Shown here: positions 25,936-37,984 of the stretch, one piece after another
Position numbering within the stretch: position 1 is the first letter of the stretch
Layout of the letters: each line of letters begins with the position of its first letter
Assembly (NCBI RefSeq): GCF_006345805.1
Contig: NC_043009.1
Coordinates: 38,130,001 to 38,194,000 of the forward strand
Direction: 5' to 3'
Source of the DNA: Octopus sinensis
Taxonomy: Eukaryota
Length of the DNA: 64,000 nt
Program-made: the position numbers and the translations under genes
The notes under the pieces: generated by a model
Told to the model about the DNA's origin: nothing
What the model saw: only the letters and a program-made list of their open reading frames with translations
The model's database searches: none

Positions 25936-26277
25936 TGAAGGCGCGTGGCTCAGTGGTTAGAGCGTCGAGCTACGATCGTGAGGTTGTGAGCTCGAATCCC
26001 GGACCGGGCTGCGTGTTGTGTTCTTGAGCAAGACACTTTATTTCACGTTGCTCCAGTTCACTCAGCTGTAGAAATGAGTTGCGACGTCACAGGTGCCAAG
26101 CTGTATCGGCCCTTGCCTTTCCCTTGGACAACATCGGTGACGTGGAGAGGGGAGGCCGGTATGCATGGCGACTGCTGGTCTTCCATAAAAAAAAAAAAAC
26201 AACCTTGCCCAGACTTTGTCCTTAGAGGGTAACTCTCTAGGTGCAAACCATGGTCAGTGTCTGACCGAGGGTCCCAC
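25936..26277 (+). mobile_element. SINE family B (tail T1), inverted relative to 25383-25716
   Basis: Same sequence in the opposite orientation, separated by 219 bp of (TA)n. Confidence 0.9.
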
Positions 26278-27319
26278 ATATATATATATATATACAGTGT
26301 ACATTTAACGCATAAGAGATGGCCATAATCTAAACCGCTAGAAGGAATAGTTAAAATCCAAACACAATTAGGGGCAATTTCGAAAGGGATGAAAATAAAA
26401 CATTTCCATTCTATTTCTTGGCCATGATTTCAAGCTATCTCACAAATAAAGTAATTTGCTAGGCGAAGCTCTCATCAGCAGGAAAGCCAAGATTACATAT
26501 AGTTCCGAGGCAATACAGAATATGCTCGTGCTTACGTGTATACTTTTTTCTAATCCACCGCGCAAGTGCAGTTTTTTTTATCGGCAGTAAATAAAAAATA
26601 ATGCCGATTATTATAACAACAATTTTTATAATACAATTCATTATAATATTTAGTATTAAATATAAAAAAAAATTTTATGCATTGATAGGGTATGAGGATC
26701 CACCCGAATAAAGTGAGAATCAAAAGGATCCATAGGCAAAAATGGTTGAGACTCATTCACTTGGATCCCATTAAGATAAAACGATTTACGCTCAATGTAG
26801 TTTTTATATGTTTTGCCTTGTTACAAGGACGTTTTGGGACAGTTCTGGTTATTTACAGTTTGGAGGAAGGTGAAGAAGTATCAAATTAGTTTCTTTTTCT
26901 ATCTTCGAAGATTTTTTTTTGTTGGGGGTAACCTGAGGGTACGAAGCATTTTTCAACATGCATTCATGCTAATATTTCTATAAATAAAGCTACATCGTTT
27001 TCAGAGAGATGATGATGTAGAAGTGACGTGAGCACAAGAGCGCGCAGCAAAATAACACGCTCTATTTAGATGTATTCCTTTCTTTCTGAGTTCAGGTCTG
27101 GGCAATTTTTGTTTTTATATGTTTTAAATTAAAGACCAGCGACAGAGTAGGACGTGATGTATCAATGGCTCCCTCCCAAAAAGTGTCGATTAAATCAATC
27201 GCAGTCAAATGAGATTCATTTGATTCAATCTCAGTCAAATCAATCTCAGTCAAAAGTTAAATGAATTTAAACGACTACTCTTTCCTCTCTACAAATTTCA
27301 AACATCGTGTTTATGTTAG

Positions 27320-28155
27320 AAATAATGATTTCAAATTCTTGGTGTAAGGCCAGAAAATTCGGGGGAAAGGGCTAGTCGATTATATCGACCCAGTGCTCAA
27401 CTGGTACCTATTTCATCGACCTCCGAAAGGATGAAAGGCAATGTCAACCTCATTTTAACTGAGAAAGTAAAGAACTAGAAGGAATGCCGTTAAGTATTTT
27501 GTCCGACGCCGCTAACCATTCTTCAGCTCACCGCACTTAATGGTTTCGAATTTTACGACGAGGCCAACAATTTTAATGTGTCGGGGGTTAATCGATTATG
27601 TCGATCCCAGTATTCAACTGGTATTTATTTTATCGATCCCATAAAGCGGAATTTGAACTCAGAAGGTAAAGGAGCCGAAAGAAATGCTGTTAAGCATGTT
27701 GTCCGACGAAATAACGGTTCTGCTAACGAGCTAATAATAATAATAATAGTAATAACAACAACAATAATAATAATAATAATAATAATAATATAATAATAAC
27801 AACAACAACAACAACAATAATAATAGTAATAATAATAATAATTATAATAGTTTCAAATTTTGCCACAAGGGCAGCAATTTGGTGGGGGCGGGGGATGAGT
27901 CGATTACATCGTCTCTAATGTTCAACTCGTACTTATTTTATCGACCCCGAAGGAATTGTTCTATTATAGGCACAAGGCCTGAAATTTTTGGGGAGGGGAC
28001 TAGTCGATTACATCGACCCCAGTGCGTAACTGGTACTTATTTCATCGACTCCGAAAGGCTGAAAGGAAAAAAAATCGACCTCGGCGGACTTTGAACTCAG
28101 AACGTAAAGACAGACGAAATGCCGCTAAGCGTTTTGTCCGGCGTGATAACGATTC
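27320..28155 (-). mobile_element. Cluster of four older SINE family A (A2) copies around an (AAT)n/(AAC)n tract
   Basis: Repeated AGTCGATTA(T/C)ATCGACCC..AACTGGTAC..ATCGACCCCGAAAGG..TTTGAACTCAGAACGTAAAG blocks, all on the minus strand. Confidence 0.75.
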
Positions 28156-28791
28156 TTGTGAATCGATAAATACATAAGTAAATATCTAAGTGGAAATCAT
28201 ATTCCGTTCGTGTTTACCCAATACTCTTTGTACCCAGTATTGATTTTAAAAAGTACCTAGGAATCGCACGTACCGGGCTCGGCTATAATGCTCTTCTCTA
28301 CACACTTACAGAAATCTTATATCAATGCAACAAATCATTGTTATTGTCTGTTAAATTCTGTAAAAGTTATCTTCTTAAAGATTAGAAATCCTCAGTGGTT
28401 GAAATACTGGCACGTTTATTTCATCTTTACATATTTATCGACTTCAAAAGACAGACGAATACACAGAGTCACAGTTGTTAAAGCAGACACAAACACATAC
28501 AGTTTTAGTGTCTTTGTAGTTGACGTCTGTCTACGGGTAATTTTGTTTATGACTGATTTAATATATATTTCTTAGAAGAAATATAATTTCTTATATGGAA
28601 AACTATCTGATTTTATTATTATTTGCGTCTAGTTTTAAATAGATTCTGAGACAATAGAAAAATTGCGTAGGTATTCTGTTGAAAAGGTACATAAATGTAT
28701 GGAACATGTTTAAATGTTGACGTGAGATTCTTCTAAGACGTGAGAGGTGAATTGGTTTTCTGTGTATTAAATAATAAGGTCGTTTGAACGT

Positions 28792-28847
<56 letters not shown>

Positions 28848-29415
28848 CACACACACAGACACACGCACACACACACAATACGTAGATGTACTCATTCCTA
28901 GTAAGTGTTTTGATTTGAGATTGTGCTGAAACTAAAGCGATTGCAGCGTTGAAGACATAAGTTAGCTATTCACAAACACACAAAGATCGTCAACTTCACT
29001 TAGACATTTATTTATTATCATAGTGTCAAAATCTTTTGTCGCTCGAAACTGCGACCTATTCACTGCCAAAAGATAAAAAGAATGTGCTACGAATTCCTTT
29101 GCATAGGGGTAAAAACAAGGAAAGAAAAAAATGTGACAAGAACAGGACATAAAAGCAATACAAATAAAAATACAAATACAAATAAAAATAGGAATGGTTC
29201 GACAGGTCGTGTTCTGTCCTTACCTTGGAAACACACATTGAGTCGAACCAGAGACAGCTGATGAAGGGAAATATTCCTTGTATTTCTTGTTTTGTACTCT
29301 GTTTTTTCGTTGTTAAAAAAAGTCCGTTTCCTAGTTTGTTTTTATGTTTTCGTTTCTCGTTGAGTTCTACGTCTATTTGTGGTGTCCTGTACTCATATAT
29401 ATATATATATATTAA

Positions 29416-29453
<38 letters not shown>

Positions 29454-29964
29454 GTTTCTTCTATTCCCTTCTCTATTCTTGGCCGATCTAGTAAGCCCTT
29501 CAACCTTTAAGAGTTAAATAGCTGCAGCCTCTTGTGAATAGCAGTAATGTGATTAATATGGCAAACACCTATCATATAACAAGGATTGTACCTACCTCAT
29601 TGTGTCAACCATTGTAAAATTGATCGCCTGTGATATGAAATTCATCTCCATTTCTCTGGAAATTTACATCTACACCATTGGAATCTGTGCATATATACAA
29701 AGGATTAATTCACCCTCTCTGTAATGCTAATAACAATGGATAATTTGTCCTTCTGTGAGTATATAATCCCTCATCATATCTATGGAAATTCATATGGATT
29801 GGTCACCTTCTCTGTGATGCTACCAAAACTTTTTTAAAATTCTGTGATAAGACTATGCATCATCTTTAAAGAACTTTAATGAACTTTAGAAATCATGTTT
29901 AATTATCTACATTACTTCATGAGTATAGCCTCAAACACTAGGATGTCTAGAGAACTTACATGTA

Positions 29965-30055
29965 TTTTAGCTGATGAGTACGGGACTCGTTTATATGCTG
30001 TAATCTTTGCAACTTTTAATAAAACCTGTCCTTGTATGAAACGATCGTACTAAAA
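29965..30055 (+). ncRNA. Minimal type I hammerhead ribozyme (HHR-1)
   Basis: Stem I TTTTAG/CTAAAA; core CTGATGA (29971-29977); stem II GTACGGGAC/GTCCTTGTAT with a 41-nt loop; GAAA (30038-30041); palindromic stem III ACGATCGT; GUA cleavage triplet (cut after 30049). Confidence 0.75.
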
Positions 30056-30085
30056 ACCTATCCATTCTTGTTGCTTCTTTCTCGC

Positions 30086-30122
<37 letters not shown>

Positions 30123-30266
30123 TGTATATTTACATGTAGATGTAGGTAGTACATACATGTATGTATGCATATATTTTATTTATTCAATTATTGTATGACT
30201 GAGCGCCCTCGCGTCGTTTCGTTTCTTTTCTTTTCTCCAAGTAAGTTTATATATATATGTATATAT

Positions 30267-30448
30267 ATTTTCTTTTATTCTTTTATTTGTTTCAGTCATT
30301 TGACTGCGGCCATGCCTAGTACTTATTCTATCGGTCTCTTTTGCCGAACTGCTAAGGTACGGGGACTTAAACACACCAACATCGGTTGTCAAGCGATGGT
30401 GGTGAAACAAACACACACACACACACACAAACACACTCATATACATAC

Positions 30449-30481
<33 letters not shown>

Positions 30482-30540
30482 CGACGGGATTCTTTCAGTT
30501 TCCATCTACCAAATCCACTCACAAGGCTTTGGTCGGCCCG
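30267..30540 (-). mobile_element. SINE family C, internally deleted and head-truncated
   Basis: Tail hairpin at 30289-30315, then a jump from CATGC to CTAGTAC. Confidence 0.8.
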
Positions 30541-30543
30541 ACC

Positions 30544-30580
<37 letters not shown>

Positions 30581-30584
<4 letters not shown>

Positions 30585-31120
30585 GTGCGGAGGGTGCGGT
30601 GAATAAACTGTTGTCTAAATTACGCAAAAATGAAAATAACACTGACATCATATTTTAACAGATATATATACCAAAATCACAAAAATATTTTGAAATATTA
30701 AGAGTAAATTTATTCAATAAAATCGCCATTTGCTTCAACTACCGTCTCTTCGGAATCTCCTGCAACTCTTCTGGATGCTATGCTTCATTTTAAGTTGGTG
30801 AATGCTGCCATAATCAATGCCTTCATTTCATCTTTGGTCTTACAAGGAGTTTGTTGTTCTCTCGCTCAACTGCGCCCCACACATAATAATTAAGGGGATT
30901 GCCATCTGTTGAGTTAGGTGGCCAGATGTTAGACGTGTCTGACAGCCATACCTGGTTTCTCCTGTGTATGTAACTTGGTGCAGAGTCTTGTTGCAGGACA
31001 TAGGGTCCCCCAGTAGCCATCCTTTTTGACTTAGGGCTGTACTAACTCCTTCAGGCACTTGATGCAGGCGTTCGTATTGTGTCTGAGGCTGTGTGGGAAG
31101 ATGAATGGAGGTATAACGCC
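30581..31120 (-). mobile_element. DD37D (maT-like) Tc1/mariner transposase 3' fragment with terminus
   Basis: GVIPPFIFPHSLR..GPYVLQQDSAP..WPPNSTDGNPLNYYVWGAVERE. D-to-(D) spacing here is 31, consistent with DD37D after a ~6-codon deletion (inference). Ends at TA|CAGAGTGCGG. Confidence 0.75.
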
Positions 31121-31183
31121 TATATATTTATATCTCTCTATATATATTTGTAAACAAACTTTGGAAGCGTCGAATGTGGGTGG

Positions 31184-31375
31184 TATTTTGCAGAAAAAAA
31201 TATTTCTAACGCAGTAAAGTTGTAAGGACAGCAGAGAAAAATTGGGTATTTCACCCTTATAAGACGAAAGTCGCCTTCTGTTAACTTTTTCCCGTCTTAT
31301 AAGGATAAATATTCAATCTTTCTCTGCGACCTTACAGCTTTACTGCGTTCGAAATGTCTTTTCTTATCTGCAGTA
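31184..31375. mobile_element. Foldback MITE (~85-bp imperfect inverted arms)
   Basis: TGCAGA..AACGCAGTAAAG(T/C)TGTAAGG..GCAGAGAAA..CCTTATAAGACG mirrored on both sides of a ~25-nt loop. Confidence 0.8.
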
Positions 31376-31392
31376 TATTGTGTGTGTGTGTG

Positions 31393-31525
<133 letters not shown>

Positions 31526-31744
31526 ATATAATATATATATATACACATATACTATATATATACATATATATATATTATATATATATATACATATACATAT
31601 ATATATATACATATATATATAAATATATATATATATATACATATATATATACATATATATAATAACAATATATATATATACATATTATATAACATATATA
31701 TATATACATATATATAATACATATATATATACATATATATATAC

Positions 31745-31775
<31 letters not shown>

Positions 31776-31786
31776 ATATAATATAC

Positions 31787-31818
<32 letters not shown>

Positions 31819-31834
31819 CACATATATATATATA

Positions 31835-31865
<31 letters not shown>

Positions 31866-32340
31866 CGTTTTAAGAGCAGTACAGAGAGAGTGCGTGTACC
31901 CGCGTGTGCGTGCACGCGCACTCCGAATCTATGTGTACACTCGTGCGTGTATATGTATGGTTTTTGTCCGATTAAAGGAACAGATAGCTTTGAATTTCAA
32001 ACAATATAGAAACTAATTGAAAAAAAATATTATATGTAACATTTCAATCAAACAACAATTATGTTTGATTATGTCTTTTATTTCCTAAGTTTAATTGGAT
32101 TGTACCTTCTCACAATTTATTTAAAGTTGGAATTATTGATATTTTGAAAAAAAAATCTACGTTGTTTGTTTCCATGTGTTTTCTTTGCTTCTGTTGTTGT
32201 TTTTTAAACTTCTCGTCTGTTGCTTTTGTAATTACATCCCCGCACAAAAAAAATCAAAAAGAAAAAAACAAAACAAAACATAACGTATTTCGTTTGTAAG
32301 AAATCTTGTCAATTATCTAAAGATTATCTCTGCCGATGAA

Positions 32341-32371
<31 letters not shown>

Positions 32372-32589
32372 TGTATGTATTATAAAAACAAATCTTCTTA
32401 AATAGAGCTACCCAAGGTTTCCTGGTCAAAATAGTAATTTCTTTCGCCATTTTTCAAACTGAAAGCAAGACCGTTTCTCAGTTGTCTTTTGAACAGATGA
32501 TTGATTAACTGATTGATGTATAAATGTATTTGTGTGTGTGTGTGTGTGCTTATGTGTGCATACACATATATTTGTTTTCACACACATGG

Positions 32590-32797
32590 TATTGATTTCA
32601 AATTTTGGCATAAGAAGGCAATTCCGAGGGAGCGGGGAAGTCGATAACATCGACCCGGTACTCAACTGCCATTTATTTTATCGATCCCGAAAGGACGAAT
32701 GGCAAAGTGGAATTAGAACGCAAAACGTGAGGATGGTCAAAATGCCGCTAAGCACTTCGTTCGGCGTAGCAACGATTCTTCCAGCTCGCCGCCTTTG
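32590..32797 (-). mobile_element. SINE family A (A2), older
   Basis: Head ..CCAGCTCGCCGCCTT and A2 tail. Confidence 0.75.
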
Positions 32798-33122
32798 CGA
32801 ACACGTAATATTAACGCATATTTGCATATAATTGTTAATACCATATTTTTCATTCCCGATTTTCCACAAGACAAAGGTATGTTTTTGCTAAAAGTGAACC
32901 TTATATTTACTGATATTCTAGAGTGTAAACGCTTCAAATTTACAGTGTTTAAAATATCTAATTATTCGACATTATATTTATATCTATTTGTTAACAAGGT
33001 ATACATATATATATATACACATAATTTCTCAAAATTAATATAGGGTAGGAAAAATTAAAAAAATTTTTCTACAAGTGGCTCGGCATGTATACAAAGTCAA
33101 TAGACATATTTTTCATACAAAA

Positions 33123-33261
33123 ATTAGTGTACGTTAAGCACAAAAGAGGTGAGCCTTAACAGGTCGCTTTACATACTAGAAGGAACAGCCAAAAAGTCCA
33201 AACCACAGTTAACATGGTAAATGTTAAGGCTTACCTCTTTTGTGTTTAAATGTACACTAAT
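33123..33261. mobile_element. Small MITE-like inverted repeat (39/40-bp arms, 60-bp spacer)
   Basis: ATTAGTGTACGTTAAGCACAAAAGAGGTGAGCCTTAACA ... TGTTAAGGCTTACCTCTTTTGTGTTTAAATGTACACTAAT. Confidence 0.8.
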
Positions 33262-33278
33262 ATATATATGTATTTATT

Positions 33279-33910
33279 CTTTCTTTGTAGTTTGATCGTA
33301 GGTGATCTATTTCTAGCATATGGCTGTCCACATAGCGTTTTTTAGCTCTTAAAATATACACATGTATTAGAATTTTCTCTGATTTTTCAGATTTTTGTAT
33401 GCTAGGCTACTGGTTTTAAATTGATATTAATTAAATTAATATTCAATTTACCTCCCTCATTATTTAAATGTTAAAATAAATATGTTCTCTAATAGGCAGC
33501 ATTAACTGCAGTAAATTATTTACTGCAGTTTTTGTTTCCGTAATTTAGCGCGCCAGAACTCAGACATTTGAAATTAACCCCAATGTAATCGGTGGAACTA
33601 AGCACGTGTCTGTTTTTATGCGGAAAACTGGTGGTTAGTTTTACAAATTATATTGCTTTTGGGACGATCGTACTGATGAGCCCTACGGACGAAGGATTAC
33701 GTAAGTGATTTATTCGTTAATAGGCGAAATCGGTTTGCGATTAATTCTTGTTTTTTATATAATTTTCATCTGTCTTGCCCGCCTATTGTTCTGGTGTCCG
33801 CTGAATTTTTCTCTAGAGAACATTTCTTTTTTGTAGTTTGATCGTAGGTGATCTATTTCTAGCATATGGCTGTCAACATAGTGGTTTTTAGCCCTTGAAA
33901 TATACACATG

Positions 33911-33911
<1 letters not shown>
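33279..33911 (+). mobile_element. Terminally redundant 546-bp unit carrying a hammerhead (Penelope-pLTR/retrozyme-like)
   Basis: ~87-bp direct repeats at 33279-33365 and 33825-33911 (offset 546) enclosing HHR-2. Confidence 0.6.
33666..33742 (+). ncRNA. Minimal type I hammerhead ribozyme, slightly decayed (HHR-2)
   Basis: Stem I GATCGTA/TGCGATT (7 pairs, 2 G-U); CTGATGA (33673-33679); stem II GCCCTA/TAGGC with a structured 35-nt insert; GAAA (33726-33729); near-palindromic ATCGGT; GUU triplet. Confidence 0.65.
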
Positions 33912-33958
<47 letters not shown>

Positions 33959-34077
33959 TATATTATATATATATATTATATATATTACATATACATACAT
34001 ACCCCCACCCCACCATATATATATAAAATGCTTAAGTTCGGTGGGTGGTCTCGTTCAAGTCCAAGGGCAGCACTCCT

Positions 34078-34230
34078 GGCGTTTTCATGATCTCTTGAAA
34101 ACTCTCTCTGAAGTTCTTTTTAGCTTTCCCTCGCGGTACTTGTTGGATATCGGACTCGTTCCCGTATTTAGCCTTGGATGGAGATTATCATCATCCGCTT
34201 TGGGCTGCGTTCTCAAGCAACTTGATTCTC
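34078..34230 (-). pseudogene. Decayed 28S rRNA fragment (5' domain, conserved core between D1 and D2)
   Basis: Reverse complement reads GCAGCCCAAAGCGG..CTCCATCCAAGGCTAAATAC..GAGTCCGATA..AACAAGTACCGCGAGGGAAAG..AAAAGAACTT..AGAGAGAGTT..CAAGAG, matching the eukaryotic LSU rRNA consensus with many substitutions. Confidence 0.88.
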
Positions 34231-34348
34231 GAGCCGAAGAATATCGCCGATCGCCAACTATAAATAATGTATTAATTCTATTTATGATAGAGTTACCACG
34301 CTTTAGATTTGAAGTGAGGAAATTATGAACTATGCAGACACTAGCATA

Positions 34349-34780
34349 TTACTTACTTACTTAAACCATTCCCTACCTATTGATCATAGATTATCTGCAA
34401 CTTTCTCCACTGTTCCCGACTCTTGGCTATCAGGGTCACTCCCTCATTAGGAAGTGGAGTCATTCTCATCTATGTGTCTGGAGAGGTTTTCGTGAGAAAA
34501 GGCCTTCCTCTCCCACGTTTTGTTGATTTTGAACTGCAATCGATGCTTCTGTGATTTTGCCTTTTTTTGAAATTTCATTTTAGGTAGGGGTATTGGCCCT
34601 ACACAAACTTATTTTTTTTTTACCCCTGAAAAGAAGTCCTGTTTAATAAGCTGCCCTGTATCCTTTCACCTGCCCAGCATGGGAGACGCTATCAGGTGCT
34701 TCCACTCCGTAGTTGTAGCTCTTAGGATCATTGAGGTATACAAGCGCCAACACTGCAACAAGGACTGGACCTCGTGGTGG
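34349..34780 (-). mobile_element. Short non-autonomous RTE-type element (5' end joined to 3' tail)
   Basis: Sense 5' CCTTGTTGCAGTGTTGGCGCTTGTATACCTCAATGATCCTAAGAGCTA resembles RTE/BovB 5' ends; the 3' end has a (GTAA)n tail. Confidence 0.5.
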
Positions 34781-34843
34781 ACTAGTACATTACAGGTATT
34801 TCATTTTATTAATCACGGAAGGATAGAAAATAACGTTTAATCT

Positions 34844-35242
34844 TATTTTTTATTTCTTATTTCTTTATTACCCACAAGGGGCTAAACATATAGGAACAAA
34901 CAAGGACAGACAAAGGGATTAAATCGATTACATCGACCCCAGTGCGTAACTGGTATTTAATTTATCGACCCGAAAGAATTTGAACTCAGAACGTAACGGC
35001 AGACGAAATACCTATTTCTTTACTACCTACAAGGGGCTAAACACAGAGAGGACAAACAAGGACAGACAAACGGATTAAGTCGATTATATCGACCCCAGTG
35101 CATAATTGGTACTTATTTAATCAACCCTGAAAGGATGAAAAGCAAAGTTGACCTCGGCGGAATTTGAACTCAGAACGTAACGGCAGGCGAAATACCGCTA
35201 AGCATTTCGCCCGGCGTGCTAACGTTTCTGCCAGCTCGCCTT
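34844..35242 (-). mobile_element. SINE family A dimer (full monomer plus 5'-truncated second unit) within one TSD
   Basis: 16-bp TSD AAATAA(C/T)GTTTAATCT (34828-34843 / 35243-35258); internal junction at 35011|35012. Confidence 0.9.
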
Positions 35243-35844
35243 AAATAATGTTTAATCTGGCAGGATTTGAAATCAGATGGTGAAGAACCGTACTATATCC
35301 CGCAAGGTATTTCGTTTAACAACGCAGTGTTTCTTCCAATCCACTTCGAAATCAATCTTCGAAATGAAAATAAAAATACGTCTTAAGTTCTCAATAACAA
35401 CAAATGTAGATATGATTGTTTTGTTTTAATTTAAACCTGCCTGAAATAACAAACCAAGCACTAGGAAATTGATTTATTTCAATCATTCATCACATTTTCT
35501 TAGAATTAAATAAATAATGATTCTCTGTCTTTTTATTCGCTAAAGACGAGAAATTAAAATTTTCTTTATCTATTAAAAAAAAAAAAAAACTCCCCAAAAT
35601 AGAAAAATTAAAGATAAGAAAAAATATTGTTCAATGCGATGTCACGTGAGCGATCACAATTTGAAGATGTTATCTGTGAGGTTCTTGTGGAATTGTTCGT
35701 TGTTGCTGTTGTTGTTGTTACTGGTTAATTATGACATAAATGTTATATTCGTATCTGTGTTGACAATAATCTTATTTTCTTTTGTCTTTTAATTGTTTTA
35801 GTAATTGGACTACGGCACAAGGACACACTGACACACATATTCTA

Positions 35845-36004
35845 AGAGCTTCTACACAGTTTCTCTCTCCAGAATCATTCAGAAGGCATTGGTCGGCACG
35901 GGAGTATAGTAGAAAACACTGCGAAAGTGCCGCGCTGTGGGACTGAACCCGACACCATGTGATTGCAAAGCGAGCTTCTTAGCAACACAGTCATGCCTGC
36001 ATCT
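35845..36004 (-). mobile_element. SINE family C, diverged 5' half
   Basis: Head and core recognisable. Confidence 0.65.
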
Positions 36005-36105
36005 ACTTTTCCTATCAAAGCATAAGGCCGAAAGAGTTCAGTCTATTATATCGACCCCGGTACTTAACTGGCATTTTATTTTATCGACACAAAAACGATG
36101 AAAAA

Positions 36106-36370
36106 TGTGGAGGCGCGTGGCTTAGTGGTTAGGGTGTCAGCATCATGATCGTAAGATTATGGTTTCGATTCCTGGACCGGGCGACGCGTTGTGTTCTTGA
36201 GCAAAACACTTCATATCACGTTGCTGCAGTCCGCTCAGCTGGCAAAAATGACTAACGCTGCGATGGACTGGCGTCCCGTCCATCTGTGCTGGGGAACACA
36301 TACGCCATTGAAGCCGGGAAGCAGGGCCCATGAGCCTGGCTAGGCTTTAAAAGGGAGCATTTATTTTATT
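36106..36370 (+). mobile_element. SINE family B (tail T2), nested in an older minus-strand family A copy
   Basis: 14-bp TSD AAAACGATG(A/G)AAAA (36092-36105 / 36371-36384); host fragments at ~36040-36100 and ~36385-36490. Confidence 0.9.
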
Positions 36371-37984
36371 AAAACGATGGAAAACCACCTTGACTTCGGC
36401 GGGATTTGAATTCAGATCGGTGAAATTAGAAATACATACCGCAAGGCATATTTTTTCGACGCTCTCACAATCAATCAGCCACCTTTCGATGTGCAAATAA
36501 TAGTTTTGTTATCCGAAAGAATGTTTGCTTCATCTTTGGAGATGCTGTATAGATTCCAATGATCCACTGAACATGCAAAACAAATCACATTATGACCTCT
36601 TTAATACTTTCCCATCAACCAGAACAAACTACCTCGCTGATTTATTAGAAATTTCGTAAACTCTCGGATACTAAGAACACCCATCCCAATATTGGCGAAT
36701 TGACTGAAGCGTTAAAGCGTTGGGCGAAATACTTTGTATTATTTATTCTGGCATTTCGTACTTTGAGTTCAATTACAATCGGGGTCAACTTTGAACCTTC
36801 CGGCGTTGATGAATAAACTACTCCCCCACCGCCGCCCACACATACATATATAGGCAATTATGCGGATAAACAAATTAAATATATTAAATACTACAACTTG
36901 AGTATGAATACATGCAAAACGAGAGAAAACAAAGAGTGGAGACATTCAGACGATGAATATTCTGTATATATATATATATATATATATTAATAAATCCAAC
37001 TTACACGTGTCAAAGTTTAGGGATAGTAGCTATAGAATTATCGGAAGTTGAGATATTGAGAAAAGGGATGGCAATTGTTTGATACCTATACACAAACCCA
37101 ACAATAGCTGATTACCCTTCAATTACTATATACCCAACTCCGCCCACTCATACATACATACATGTATGTATGTATGTATGTATGTATGATGTATGTATGT
37201 ATGTATGTATGTATGTATGTATGTATGTATGTATGTATGTATGTGTGTGTGTGTGTATGCATGTGTGTTTTGTGCCAGGTAACTCATGAGTGTTACGGAT
37301 AACATATCTATCTGGTACAATAAGTTATATTATCAAGTAATTGGTGACTAAATCGGTTGTTCTTCCGGGTTTCCCACTTGGGCAGGGTTACCTGAAATCC
37401 AGCAGAACGGATGACCCCAACGTAGGGTCGGAGACATAGAAACACATGCCACAGTGAACGAGTGCTACGCAAAACAACCGGAGAGAGATGGACCCGTAGC
37501 TCTCGCTAGAACACCTATTTAGGAGAAGAAGGATAGTCTGATGTAGGTCCACCCAATGCTGAACCACAAGTGAGTACAGTTCTGCGAATGCTTCATTCAC
37601 TATAATCAATACAATGCAAAAAAAAAAAAAAAAACAACAAAAAGACATCGGAAAATGCTGTGGAAGGAAAGTTCTACGATGATGATGAGTAATAGAAAAC
37701 AGGCTTGATCAGTGAGGAGTATATAATTGTAAACTGCTGGCGAGGAAGCTTCAGATATTGGTCACGGCGCTGGTTGCACTTTTTTAAAACTGTGGCGACA
37801 GAAAGACTGCCTACTTGTTAATGAGGAATGGCCAAGAAAAAGATGTTTAACAATAATATTCAACCAATAGGTTCACCCTTACGGGAGACATTCAACAAAT
37901 ATATAACAATTTAACTCACAATTCAATTCACAGGGATCAAAAATGATTAAAAAAACATCAAAAATAACTCGGTGACTTGCACTG

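Noticed and set aside
34078-34230. Functional rDNA or bacterial/organellar contamination
   Set aside because: Short, heavily substituted, eukaryote-type, and flanked by host repeats.
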